Positions 52,507 through 60,883 of a stretch of DNA of 64,000 nt are shown in pieces. This stretch comes from an uncultured Gammaproteobacteria bacterium (GTDB lineage: Bacteria; Patescibacteriota; Patescibacteriia; Patescibacteriales; GWC2-42-12). Under the pieces are notes generated by a model. It was not told where the DNA came from, searched no databases, and saw only the letters and a list, made by a program, of their open reading frames with translations. The first letter of the stretch is position 1; every line of letters begins with the position of its first letter. The stretch spans positions 61,698-125,697 of the forward strand of contig CAYSKV010000001.1 of NCBI GenBank assembly GCA_964431805.1, written 5' to 3'. Both the position numbers and the translations under genes were made by a program.

Positions 52507-53901
52507 TTAAAAATAATTTTTAATATCTTCTGCCGTAATTTCTCTGCAGAATCTTCTCCATTCTTCGTCGCCGAGCTTCAGTAAAGCATTAATAATAAAG
52601 TTTCCCAAACTTGACCTGAGCATCTTGCTGCCCTTCATAAGCAATAAAGCTTCAAGTAAATTACCGGGCAAGCTTAGCACACCTTCATGATCTTTATAAA
52701 GATTGCGCTTACGACGGCAAGATTTTAGGCGCAGTTTTTCTTTAATGCCCGCTAACCCAGCAGCCAGCATAGCGGCGAACGCTAAATAAGGATTGCAGGT
52801 CGGATCAGGCGCTCGATACTCAACCCTTATCTTATTTGTTCCTTCCGAATGGCCCCTGGCTAAAGCAGTCCTATTAAGCCAATCGAAATACACATAAGTA
52901 GGCGCTTCTGCATCCGGCACAAGCCGCTTATAAGATATGGGTAAACGATTGGTTATAGCAGTAATATCCCTGGCATATTTTAACAGCCCGGCAATATAGC
53001 TCTCGCCCAACATCGACAGACAGTTCTTCCTTCTTTTGTCAAAGAAAATGTTCTTTGTTTCTTCGATTAACTCACCTTTTACTACCCGGCTGATAACTGC
53101 AGCGAGATTCTGATGCACATGCATACCGCTGCCATTTACATCTGCTTTAAATTTAGGTATAAAAGAAACTCGAAAACCATACTTTTTGGCAATGGCTTCG
53201 ACAACATACTTTATAGTCATCACACCATCAGCAATAGCCATAATATCCCCATGGCCAAAACCAATCTCATGCTGAAAGTCGGTCACTTCAGTATGGTATT
53301 TTTCTTTCTTCAAACCCATTACGCCCAGAAATTCAAGCATTTCCTTTAAAGCTTTATCTTCTCTTTCTTTAGGAGAAATGAAATAATGATTATTCTTTAT
53401 TAGTGGGTCAAGATAAATTTTTAAATAATCATATTCTTCAGGCACAAGCAAAAATTCAACTTCCGGCGCAAAATGAGCTTTTATTTTCTTGACGGTGGCT
53501 TTAGGATAGCGCCGCTGAACTTCTTTTTTCAGCGTTTTATTCATCTTTTTTGTCAGGCTTCTTAATACACCCCTAGGACATGCCTCAAAAGGTTCTAGAG
53601 GTGCTCCTTGTTTCTTCGGGGGGTAATAAATGTCGCATATTACCCTAGCAGTATCGGGAAGCCAAGGGATAGGGCAAAATGTAGAAAGATCTGGTACCAA
53701 AACCATATCGCTTTCGGTCGGCGGTATGATCTTACCAAAAACTGATGATCCATCGACGCTGGTTGTTCCTGTACCCAACAATTGTTCCGCCGTTACTGTA
53801 ACTTCCCTAATATTACCCTGGATATCCGTAAATTGACATTTAATAAATCTAATTTGCGGATATTTTATTAAAATCTCTGCCAAATTAATTTTTTGTGCCA
53901 T
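52507..53901 (-). CDS. glnA: Glutamine synthetase family protein (type I-like)
   Basis: NGSGMHVHQNL, SYKRLVPDAEAP, RAPDPTCNPYLAFAAML. Sample lines give ~40-52% GC. Strong SD AAGGAGGAAAAGGGGGATT before the ATG. Confidence 0.8.
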   Translation of the reverse strand: MAQKINLAEILIKYPQIRFIKCQFTDIQGNIREVTVTAEQLLGTGTTSVDGSSVFGKIIPPTESDMVLVPDLSTFCPIPWLPDTARVICDIYYPPKKQGAPLEPFEACPRGVLRSLTKKMNKTLKKEVQRRYPKATVKKIKAHFAPEVEFLLVPEEYDYLKIYLDPLIKNNHYFISPKEREDKALKEMLEFLGVMGLKKEKYHTEVTDFQHEIGFGHGDIMAIADGVMTIKYVVEAIAKKYGFRVSFIPKFKADVNGSGMHVHQNLAAVISRVVKGELIEETKNIFFDKRRKNCLSMLGESYIAGLLKYARDITAITNRLPISYKRLVPDAEAPTYVYFDWLNRTALARGHSEGTNKIRVEYRAPDPTCNPYLAFAAMLAAGLAGIKEKLRLKSCRRKRNLYKDHEGVLSLPGNLLEALLLMKGSKMLRSSLGNFIINALLKLGDEEWRRFCREITAEDIKNYF

Positions 53902-54022
53902 AATCCCCCTTTTCCTCCTTATCCGGAATCTAATATTTTTATTAATATTTATTGTTTTAAAAGATCACTCATCCTCCAAAGCACGACCCTTAATCTTACT
54001 ATATATTTTAAAAAAGTAAAGC

Positions 54023-55270
54023 TTACGGCAAATACTCTAATGGATTAACCGGAATGCCGTTTAAACGAACTTCAAAGTGCAAATGAGGCCCGGTTGTGAG
54101 AGAACCAGCTCCGTTTGTGCCCGGCATACCACCTGAAAGGCCGATAGTTTGCCCTTGGACGACATATTCGTCTGGTTGTACATATATTTTAGATACATGG
54201 CCGTAAACCGTGGCCAAACCGTCGCCGTGGACTATCATAATATAGCTATAACCTTTACCAGCATTTTTAGCTATAGCGACATAGCCCGAAGCCGCGGCTC
54301 TTAAAGTACTGCCTTGAGCCGCTCTAATATCAATGGCCGGATGTTCAAAAATATAACGATAAGGATAGTCGGGATCATGAAAAGTCGCCATGACCATATT
54401 TTTTGTTACCGGCCAAATAAAACCAGCGTCATTAAATTCTAACTTTTCTCCAGAAAGTTTTGATAATTTAGCTCTCATGGCCCTCTCTAAGCTTACAATA
54501 TTAGACTCGGCTTGCTGTTGTTCTTGTTTAGCTAATTTTAATAATCTTTGATACTCTCTTTCCGAAGATCTCGTCTGATCTAAAAGATATGATTTATTTT
54601 CCTGCTCTGAAGCTAAACCAACTTTTTTATTTTCAAGATCTACTTTTAGCCCGGATAACTCCCTTTTCTTTTCAGTTAAACTTTTTTGCTGATCTTCTAA
54701 ATCTTTTTTATATTGTTTTATAGTTTCAAGGCTAGAAGCTATTTCTTTATTTATATCTTCTAAATATTTAACTTGGCTGACAAAATCATTTAGGGTGCCA
54801 TTAATCAGTAATATTTCTAAAGTAGATTTATTGTCTTGCTCTTGCATTAATCTAAGGACTGAGGAAATATGCTCTTTTTGTTTTAAAATTTGCTCATCCT
54901 TAGTTTTTATTTCAAGATTGACTTTATCTATTTCTAAATTAGTTCGATCAATTTCAATTTGCGCGCTTTCAATATCTAAAGCGGCTTTAGCTAAACGATT
55001 TTCCAAAATAGCTAATTGATTATTTAAACTGGCTTTTTCACTCTGCTTTTGCTTAATCAAACCCTCATAAACAGCTTGCTGTTCTTGTATCTTCTTTATT
55101 CTGTCTTGCTGAGCTTGAATATCTTGATTTATCTGCTTAATCTCATCATTATTATCAATCACAACCTGCCCATAAGAAAAATTAGACGCATTTAAAAATA
55201 GGCCTAAAAATAATATAGGTATGATTAACTTAATAATTTTCTTTACCCCATTAAATTTTATATTTTCCAT
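54023..55270 (-). CDS. M23-family peptidoglycan endopeptidase with N-terminal coiled coil
   Basis: C-terminal HGDGLATVYGH..GPHLHFEVRLNGIPVNP. A long Q/E/K-rich coiled coil and a signal anchor. Alternative start at 55294. Confidence 0.88.
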   Translation of the reverse strand: MENIKFNGVKKIIKLIIPILFLGLFLNASNFSYGQVVIDNNDEIKQINQDIQAQQDRIKKIQEQQAVYEGLIKQKQSEKASLNNQLAILENRLAKAALDIESAQIEIDRTNLEIDKVNLEIKTKDEQILKQKEHISSVLRLMQEQDNKSTLEILLINGTLNDFVSQVKYLEDINKEIASSLETIKQYKKDLEDQQKSLTEKKRELSGLKVDLENKKVGLASEQENKSYLLDQTRSSEREYQRLLKLAKQEQQQAESNIVSLERAMRAKLSKLSGEKLEFNDAGFIWPVTKNMVMATFHDPDYPYRYIFEHPAIDIRAAQGSTLRAAASGYVAIAKNAGKGYSYIMIVHGDGLATVYGHVSKIYVQPDEYVVQGQTIGLSGGMPGTNGAGSLTTGPHLHFEVRLNGIPVNPLEYLP

Positions 55271-55364
55271 AATTTTAAACCCGCTAAATAACATATGTGG
55301 ACTATTACTATTTTAACTAATTAAATTAGTAATTATTTAACGGGGTGAATAATATTATTATAAC
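55245..55364 (-). promoter_or_regulatory. TGTTATAAT promoter plus leader hairpin ACCCCGTTAAAT / ATTTAATGGGGT enclosing the M23 start codon
   Basis: On the minus strand the -10 box is at 55356-55364, the 5' arm at 55334-55345, and the 3' arm at 55245-55256 inside codons KFNGV. One G:U pair; 77-nt loop. Confidence 0.5.
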
Positions 55365-55379
55365 ATTTTTTATACAATT

Positions 55380-55406
55380 TAAAAAGCGGTGTAAAAAACC
55401 CGCTTT
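55380..55406 (-). terminator. Rho-independent terminator after gltX
   Basis: AAAGCGG (55382-55388) pairs with CCGCTTT (55399-55405), with T/A runs on both sides. Confidence 0.65.
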
Positions 55407-55427
55407 TAAAAACTACTGTATAATAAA

Positions 55428-56921
55428 CTATAACTTTTTTATGGCCTGATTAATTCTTTTTAAGCTTTCTGGCTTGCCTAAAACTTCGGCGACTTCAAAC
55501 GGCCCGGGGCTAGCCTGAAGCCCGGTTAAAGCTACGCGCGTCGGCCAAAGATAATCACCTACTTTTAATTCTTTTTCTTTTAAATAATCTATAATATCTT
55601 TTTCAATATTTTCTTTAAGCCAATCGCTATCCGAAATTTTTTCTAATAAATCATAAACAACTTGTAAATTTTCTTTAACCTGTTTTTCGTCTAACTTTTT
55701 CCAAATTAACAATTTTTTTTCATAATCCAATTCGTCCACAAAGAAAAATTTGGTTGACTCCCCTATTTCTGATAATTTTTTTAATCTTTCCTGTTCTAGT
55801 CCTATAGCTTTTTCTATAAAATCAATGGATTGTTTTTTATTATTTTTTGCTAACTTTAAATTTTCGCCCATAAACGGCAAACATAATTTAGCTAATTTTT
55901 CTATCGATATTTGCCTAATATAATAACCGTTAAAATAATCTAATTTTTCTATGTCGAAAATCGCTGGGCTAATCCCCATGTCTTTATAATCAAAATATTC
56001 AACCATTTGTTCAAGGCTTAATATTTCATCTTTTTTATCTTTCGGAGCTTTAGCTGAAGCCGACGGATGCCAACCTTGCAAAACGCAAAAATTTAATAAA
56101 GCTTCTGGTAAGTAACCTTTGGCGCGATAATCTTCAACTGCCACATCGCCCTGACGCTTGCTTAATTTACCACCTTCTTTGTTTAGAGTAAGCGGTAAAT
56201 GAATAAATTTAGGCGCTTCCCAACCAAAAGCCTGATATAATAAAATATTTTTAGGAAAACTAGACAACCATTCATCGCCGCGTAAAACATGGCTTATTTT
56301 CATTAAATGATCATCAACTACGTTAGCGAACTGATAAGTCGGCATGCCGTCTGATTTTATTAAAACTTGATCTTCTAAATCGGCTACTGCGAATTTAATA
56401 TCACCGCGTAGTTCATCGTGAACTATAACTTCACCATCTAGCGGCATTTTTTGCCTAATAACAAATTTTTCTCCAGCCTTAATTCTCTTTTCAACTTCTT
56501 CTCTACTGAGCTCACGACAAGCGCGATCGTAGCGCGGAGGTCTCTTTTCGGCCTGTTGCGCTTCTCTCATCTTAGTTAATCTTTCCGGGGTGCAAAAACA
56601 ATGATAAGCTTCGCCTTTTTTTAGAAGAATTTCCGTATATTCTTTATAAATTTCAATTCTTTCTGATTGAGTATATGGCCCGAATTCTCCGCCAATATGG
56701 GGCCCTTCGTCAAATTTTATGCCTATCCAATCTAAAATATTTATTAAACCCTCAACCGCGCCTTCCACTTCTCTTTTTTGATCAGTATCTTCAATTCTTA
56801 AAATTAATTTTCCACACAAAGTTTTAGCTATTAAATAATCAAACAAAACAGTTCTTAAACTACCGATATGCAAAAAACCGGTTGGTGATGGCGCAAAACG
56901 TAAACGAATATTTGTTGACAT
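55428..56921 (-). CDS. gltX: Glutamate--tRNA ligase
   Basis: RFAPSPTGFLHIGSLRT (HIGH motif), KLSKR (KMSKS motif); 497 aa. Confidence 0.93.
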   Translation of the reverse strand: MSTNIRLRFAPSPTGFLHIGSLRTVLFDYLIAKTLCGKLILRIEDTDQKREVEGAVEGLINILDWIGIKFDEGPHIGGEFGPYTQSERIEIYKEYTEILLKKGEAYHCFCTPERLTKMREAQQAEKRPPRYDRACRELSREEVEKRIKAGEKFVIRQKMPLDGEVIVHDELRGDIKFAVADLEDQVLIKSDGMPTYQFANVVDDHLMKISHVLRGDEWLSSFPKNILLYQAFGWEAPKFIHLPLTLNKEGGKLSKRQGDVAVEDYRAKGYLPEALLNFCVLQGWHPSASAKAPKDKKDEILSLEQMVEYFDYKDMGISPAIFDIEKLDYFNGYYIRQISIEKLAKLCLPFMGENLKLAKNNKKQSIDFIEKAIGLEQERLKKLSEIGESTKFFFVDELDYEKKLLIWKKLDEKQVKENLQVVYDLLEKISDSDWLKENIEKDIIDYLKEKELKVGDYLWPTRVALTGLQASPGPFEVAEVLGKPESLKRINQAIKKL

Positions 56922-56927
56922 ATGTAT

Positions 56928-57698
56928 TTATCTTATCATTTCCGCAAAAATGCTTTTAATTTTTTGATCATGCGACCAGCCAATTACTCTTTTTAAAAGC
57001 ACTTCGCGACCATTACGGTAATTTTTATTAAGTTCTTTACCGACCCTAATAATAGACTTTTCTAAATTTTTATCTTTTATCTTAGCTTGATTATATAAGT
57101 TTGACAGAAAATAGCAACGGTTAGCGCTAATAAGCGGCCTACCTTTAGAATTAATTTTATAGCCTACCCAAGCTTTAATACTTTTCTGATTTTTCGTTAA
57201 AGATAATAAAGTGCGTCTCATGCCGTCAAAAACTCTAAAATTATCGCCTACTTTATAAACTAAAATCGGAAAATTGTCCCTTTCTTTGTGCGCGCCAAAA
57301 CCGGTTTTAATAAAATCCTCTCGCATGGCTTTATTAATTTTCCAAGCCTTAGCGAAAGCTAACGGATTACGGTTAAATTTTTTTATAATATACTTATCAA
57401 TTACCGGCGACATACCGGTTAAGTAAATTTTTTCTAATGGGATATTTTTTAGTTTCCATTGATATTTATCATCAGACAAAACAGCAAAAACCTGCTTTAA
57501 TTTCCAACCTTCGGAAATCGCGGCCAGTAAATTCCAAAACGACGTCTCCCCTTCCCTTATATTTAAATTATCAATTGACTTATCAATTTTTTTATAAAAT
57601 TTTTCATCTTTAATATCGGAAAAAATTTTTCTAAATTCATTCTTTAAGTATTGCTTAGCGATTATTAAAGAATTTTTTGAAGGGGTATATTTTAACAT
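56928..57698 (-). CDS. Hypothetical protein with weak ParB/Srx-like motif
   Basis: FPILVYKVGDNFRVFDGMRRTLLSL resembles the ParB N-terminal P-x-V..DGxHR block, but with DGMRR. Confidence 0.4.
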   Translation of the reverse strand: MLKYTPSKNSLIIAKQYLKNEFRKIFSDIKDEKFYKKIDKSIDNLNIREGETSFWNLLAAISEGWKLKQVFAVLSDDKYQWKLKNIPLEKIYLTGMSPVIDKYIIKKFNRNPLAFAKAWKINKAMREDFIKTGFGAHKERDNFPILVYKVGDNFRVFDGMRRTLLSLTKNQKSIKAWVGYKINSKGRPLISANRCYFLSNLYNQAKIKDKNLEKSIIRVGKELNKNYRNGREVLLKRVIGWSHDQKIKSIFAEMIR

Positions 57699-57726
57699 AT
57701 GATTAAAATTTATTTTTAAATTTTAA

Positions 57727-57984
57727 CTACTTTATGAATAGCCCACAATAACATCTACCGTCTTTTTTAATTTCTTCTTTATGATAAGCGCAAGGGCAAA
57801 CTTTTTTTAAATCTTCTTCTTCGTCTCCGCTTAACCTTCTGCAAGGGCAATATTTTTTGCCATTTTTCTTTTCGTTAGCTAATAATCCATTTATTACTCT
57901 TTCGACGGTCTTTCTATCCGGGTTTAGCTGAAAACCATTTTGTTTAGCATATTCTGAATAATTTTTTATCATTTCTTCCATCAT
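57727..57984 (-). CDS. Ferredoxin:thioredoxin reductase catalytic subunit-like protein
   Basis: CPC-x16-CPC-x(n)-CYC pattern: KYCPCRRLSGDEEEDLKKVCPCAYHKEEIKKDGRCYCGLF. Confidence 0.7.
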   Translation of the reverse strand: MMEEMIKNYSEYAKQNGFQLNPDRKTVERVINGLLANEKKNGKKYCPCRRLSGDEEEDLKKVCPCAYHKEEIKKDGRCYCGLFIK

Positions 57985-57985
57985 A

Positions 57986-58306
57986 TTAATTCAAATTTTT
58001 TTCTAGCCATTCCTTAATGCTAGCTTCGGGCATAAAACCAGTAAAATTACTTACCGGTTTGCCATCTTTAAATAAAACTACCATCGGAATGCGATCAACT
58101 TGAAACTTTCCGGCGTTTATTTGATTATCATCAACGTTAGCTTTTAATAGAACAATTTTTTCTTTAAATTCTTTTTCTAATTTTTCTAAAATCGGAGCGA
58201 GCATTAAACAGGGCTCGCACCAAGTCGCATAAAAATCAACTAAAGCCATTTTATCCGTTATTTGAATTTCTTTTTCAAAATTTTCATCAGTTAAAATAAT
58301 AGGCAT
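57986..58306 (-). CDS. trxA: Thioredoxin (active site WCEPC)
   Basis: FYATWCEPCLMLAPIL; 106 aa thioredoxin-fold length. Stop is 1 nt from the FTR-like start. Confidence 0.88.
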   Translation of the reverse strand: MPIILTDENFEKEIQITDKMALVDFYATWCEPCLMLAPILEKLEKEFKEKIVLLKANVDDNQINAGKFQVDRIPMVVLFKDGKPVSNFTGFMPEASIKEWLEKNLN

Positions 58307-58308
58307 AT

Positions 58309-59550
58309 TTATTTTTTAATTATTTCGTTAAATTTTTCTATAAATATTTTAGTCGCCGGCCGGCGGACAGGATGCACTGATTCAACTAATTTTTCCGCAT
58401 TAACCCAACGCCAAGCGCTATGTTCGTAAGAATTAATTTTAATATCATTGTCAGAACCTAAAAATTCAGCAATAAATAAACCCTGTTTTTGCCCTTTATA
58501 ACCCAAGGCCTTTTTAGATAAAACACCAAATTTTGATAATTTATCGCCAAATTCATAAATATGCAATTTGGAGAAAATTGCAATCGGTTTAAATTTATTA
58601 TTATTCAATTCTTCACTTAATTCGCGCTGCCCGGCTTTCATTAAATCCTCTCCATCCGTACCGCCTTGAGGCAATTGCCAGTGGCCAGGTTGATGAGACC
58701 TTTCAACAATTAGTATTTTATATTCGCCGGTTGCCTGATCTTTTTTATAAAGCAAGCAAACTACGTTAGGGCGATAACAGAATGGCAAAATAAATCGCCA
58801 AACTAAAAATTTATAAGGAAAAACGATAACCGCATGATAAATTCTTTTCCAACGGTTTAATCGATCAGCTTTATTCTTGCCTTTATGAAAAATTAAACGC
58901 CACAACCATTCTAGGCCGATCACTCTAAATATTTTTGGCGCTCGATTAATTCGACCGGTTAAAAAATCAAAGGATCCGCCAATACCCATACCGATTTTTA
59001 CTGACGGCATTTTAGCTAAATTATGAAAAATAAATTTTTCTTGATAAGGCGCGCCTAAGGTGCAAAAAATTATTTCTGGCTGAAATTCTTTAATCTTTAA
59101 TAATTTTTCTTCTAATAAAGATACTTGCCTTTCAATATCAATTGTTAAAATTTGCAAATTAGGATATTTATCATTTAAGGCTTTATTTATATCTTTAGCG
59201 CTTGATAATCCGCTTTGCCAATTTAAAATAGCTATTCGCCTATTTCCGGATTCAGCTATTTTTAGAACATCTTTTATAAAATCAGCGCCGGTGATTCTCG
59301 AAAAATTTACGCCCATTAGCCAAGCCGATATTTTTAAACCCACGCCGTCAGGTAAAGACAAATCAGCTTTATTTAATAAACAAAAAAATTCTTCGTCTGG
59401 CTTAATAGCTGCTAAAATAATTTCCGGGTTAGGCGTAACTACAAAATGCTGTTTGCCATCAACTAAAAAATCCTGGATTTTATCCAGAGTTTGTTTTTTA
59501 GTAAAAGTATCAACATTAATTCCTAATATATTTATTTTTTTGTTTGTCAT
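58309..59550 (-). CDS. WecG/TagA/CpsF (GT26) glycosyltransferase fused to a C-terminal Nudix hydrolase domain
   Basis: N-terminal ILGINVDTFT..VVTPNPEIIL..LPDGVGL..GAPYQEKF. C-terminal Nudix box GGTDGEDLMKAGQRELSEEL. Confidence 0.8.
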   Translation of the reverse strand: MTNKKINILGINVDTFTKKQTLDKIQDFLVDGKQHFVVTPNPEIILAAIKPDEEFFCLLNKADLSLPDGVGLKISAWLMGVNFSRITGADFIKDVLKIAESGNRRIAILNWQSGLSSAKDINKALNDKYPNLQILTIDIERQVSLLEEKLLKIKEFQPEIIFCTLGAPYQEKFIFHNLAKMPSVKIGMGIGGSFDFLTGRINRAPKIFRVIGLEWLWRLIFHKGKNKADRLNRWKRIYHAVIVFPYKFLVWRFILPFCYRPNVVCLLYKKDQATGEYKILIVERSHQPGHWQLPQGGTDGEDLMKAGQRELSEELNNNKFKPIAIFSKLHIYEFGDKLSKFGVLSKKALGYKGQKQGLFIAEFLGSDNDIKINSYEHSAWRWVNAEKLVESVHPVRRPATKIFIEKFNEIIKK

Positions 59551-59571
59551 TCTGAATTGGCGTTTATATAA

Positions 59572-59629
59572 ACCCCGTTAAATAGTGTTTAGCGCTAATT
59601 TTGTTAAAAACAAAATTATTTAACAGGGG
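59572..59629 (-). promoter_or_regulatory. Leader hairpin ACCCCGTTAAATA / TATTTAACAGGGG with inner 9-bp hairpin, upstream of the GT26-Nudix gene
   Basis: Arms at 59572-59584 and 59617-59629. Inner hairpin AATTTTGTT-AAA-AACAAAATT at 59597-59617. Putative -10 TATTAT (minus strand) at 59638-59643. Confidence 0.5.
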
Positions 59630-59648
59630 CAAACATGATAATATCTTT

Positions 59649-60509
59649 TTATTCGGTGGAAGTACTCTCGCCCGCCCCATCCCCCGCTGTAGCCTCTTGA
59701 TTGGTTGTGTCTGGCAATTCAATTATATCAACACTGGTTGGTTCGGTGATGGTTGGAGTTTCTGGGGTGGCTGGAGTTTCTGGTTCGGTGATGGTTGGTT
59801 CTGGTTCGGTTTGGGTTGTAGGATTAGGGGTTTCGGTTGTCTCGGTTGAAGTTGAGGTTTCGAATATCTCTGGATGGGTAGCTACATAATCATTATAGAT
59901 TTGGGTTAAATTGTCTACCCCGTTAGTTGTTGATGGATTAGTTGTGGTTTCCGGTAGGTTAAAATTATCTGGTGTGGGAAGTTCTTTTTTTACTACTGGT
60001 TCATAGCCGGGAAAAACCGTGGAAGCTAAGTCTAGAGTTAAACCGACTAAACCGCTGTATTCAGTAACTTCAACTCTGGTGGTTTGACCTTGGGCTTGAG
60101 CTAATTTTTGTTCTTCGGTTAGTTCTCTGATTCTAGCTTCATGATGTTTGACTAGAAATTTAGCCATATATTCGCCAATGTCTTGTTTGATCCTTTTACT
60201 GACTTTCTGGGTGTTTTGGTTTAATTGATATTGCCAGGCATTATCAATGATTACAATATCTAGATAGCTATAGGTGACATAATAGTATTTTTCGTCTTGT
60301 TCAATAGTTTCAATTTTAAAATCCATGTTGAAGGTAGCTAAATCAACTGAGAGTAGCAGTGTATTATCTATACCCTCTATACTAGTTTGTTTCTGGCCGA
60401 TATTTTCCGGACCGGCGGCTAATGCTCCCCCGCCCACGACAAGAATAACCGCCAAAATAATTACAGCCGCATTATTATATTTTACAAAATTAATTATTTT
60501 TTGAAACAT
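59649..60509 (-). CDS. Membrane-anchored hypothetical protein with Thr/Pro/Glu-rich C-terminal tail
   Basis: N-terminal TM (AAVIILAVILVVGGGALAA). The tail TETPNPTTQTEPEPTITEPETPATPETPTITEP is encoded by short tandem DNA repeats at ~59740-59830. Confidence 0.75.
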   Translation of the reverse strand: MFQKIINFVKYNNAAVIILAVILVVGGGALAAGPENIGQKQTSIEGIDNTLLLSVDLATFNMDFKIETIEQDEKYYYVTYSYLDIVIIDNAWQYQLNQNTQKVSKRIKQDIGEYMAKFLVKHHEARIRELTEEQKLAQAQGQTTRVEVTEYSGLVGLTLDLASTVFPGYEPVVKKELPTPDNFNLPETTTNPSTTNGVDNLTQIYNDYVATHPEIFETSTSTETTETPNPTTQTEPEPTITEPETPATPETPTITEPTSVDIIELPDTTNQEATAGDGAGESTSTE

Positions 60510-60515
60510 AGGTTT

Positions 60516-60548
60516 AGTTCAAAGTTAAAAGTATAAAGTTATAAAGTT
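60516..60548. repeat. Left arm of an imperfect ~33-bp inverted repeat flanking the four-helix-bundle gene
   Basis: AGTTCAAAGTTAAAAGTATAAAGTTATAAAGTT compared with the reverse complement of 60884-60920, AGTTGAAAGTTAAAAAGTTCATAAAGTTGAAAGTTAT. Built from AAAGTT units. Confidence 0.6.
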
Positions 60549-60883
60549 TTTATTAACCCAGAAATCAATCTTGAAATTTCTACCGTTAAATTATAATCTA
60601 TTTTAAAATTGTCTTCCGAAATATATTTTAATTTAACTGCTAAATATAATATTGATCTTACTTCCCCGCACGAACCTTTAGCGATATAAAGAAAATTTAC
60701 AAATTCTTTATTAGTTCTTCTTTCAAACCCTTCAGCAATATTATTCATTATAGAAACAGTAGCTCTTTGAATTTGATCTCTAAAACCAAAATCTCTGCAA
60801 TCTTTAAATTCTTTATAAATATTTATTGTTAATTCTCCTGCCTTCTTCCAAGCTATTATATCTTCAAATTTTTCTATTTTCAT
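60539..60883 (-). CDS. Four-helix-bundle protein of the 23S rRNA-IVS / Avd family
   Basis: 114 aa. FEDIIAWKKAGELTINIY..FRDQIQRATVSIMNNIAEGFER..FLYIAKGSCGEVRS is the family signature as I remember it. Confidence 0.8.
   Translation of the reverse strand: MKIEKFEDIIAWKKAGELTINIYKEFKDCRDFGFRDQIQRATVSIMNNIAEGFERRTNKEFVNFLYIAKGSCGEVRSILYLAVKLKYISEDNFKIDYNLTVEISRLISGLIKTL

Noticed and set aside
59601-59889. Gly/Trp/Val-rich plus-strand ORFs (82 and 62 aa).
   Set aside because: They are the antisense shadow of the Thr/Pro/Glu-rich tail of the 286-aa minus-strand gene. They are low-complexity and lack start context.
59649-60509. The 286-aa gene downstream of the Avd-like gene as the missing DGR reverse transcriptase.
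   Set aside because: It has no RT motifs (no YxDD). It has an N-terminal TM and a Thr/Pro-rich tail, so it looks like a surface or envelope protein.
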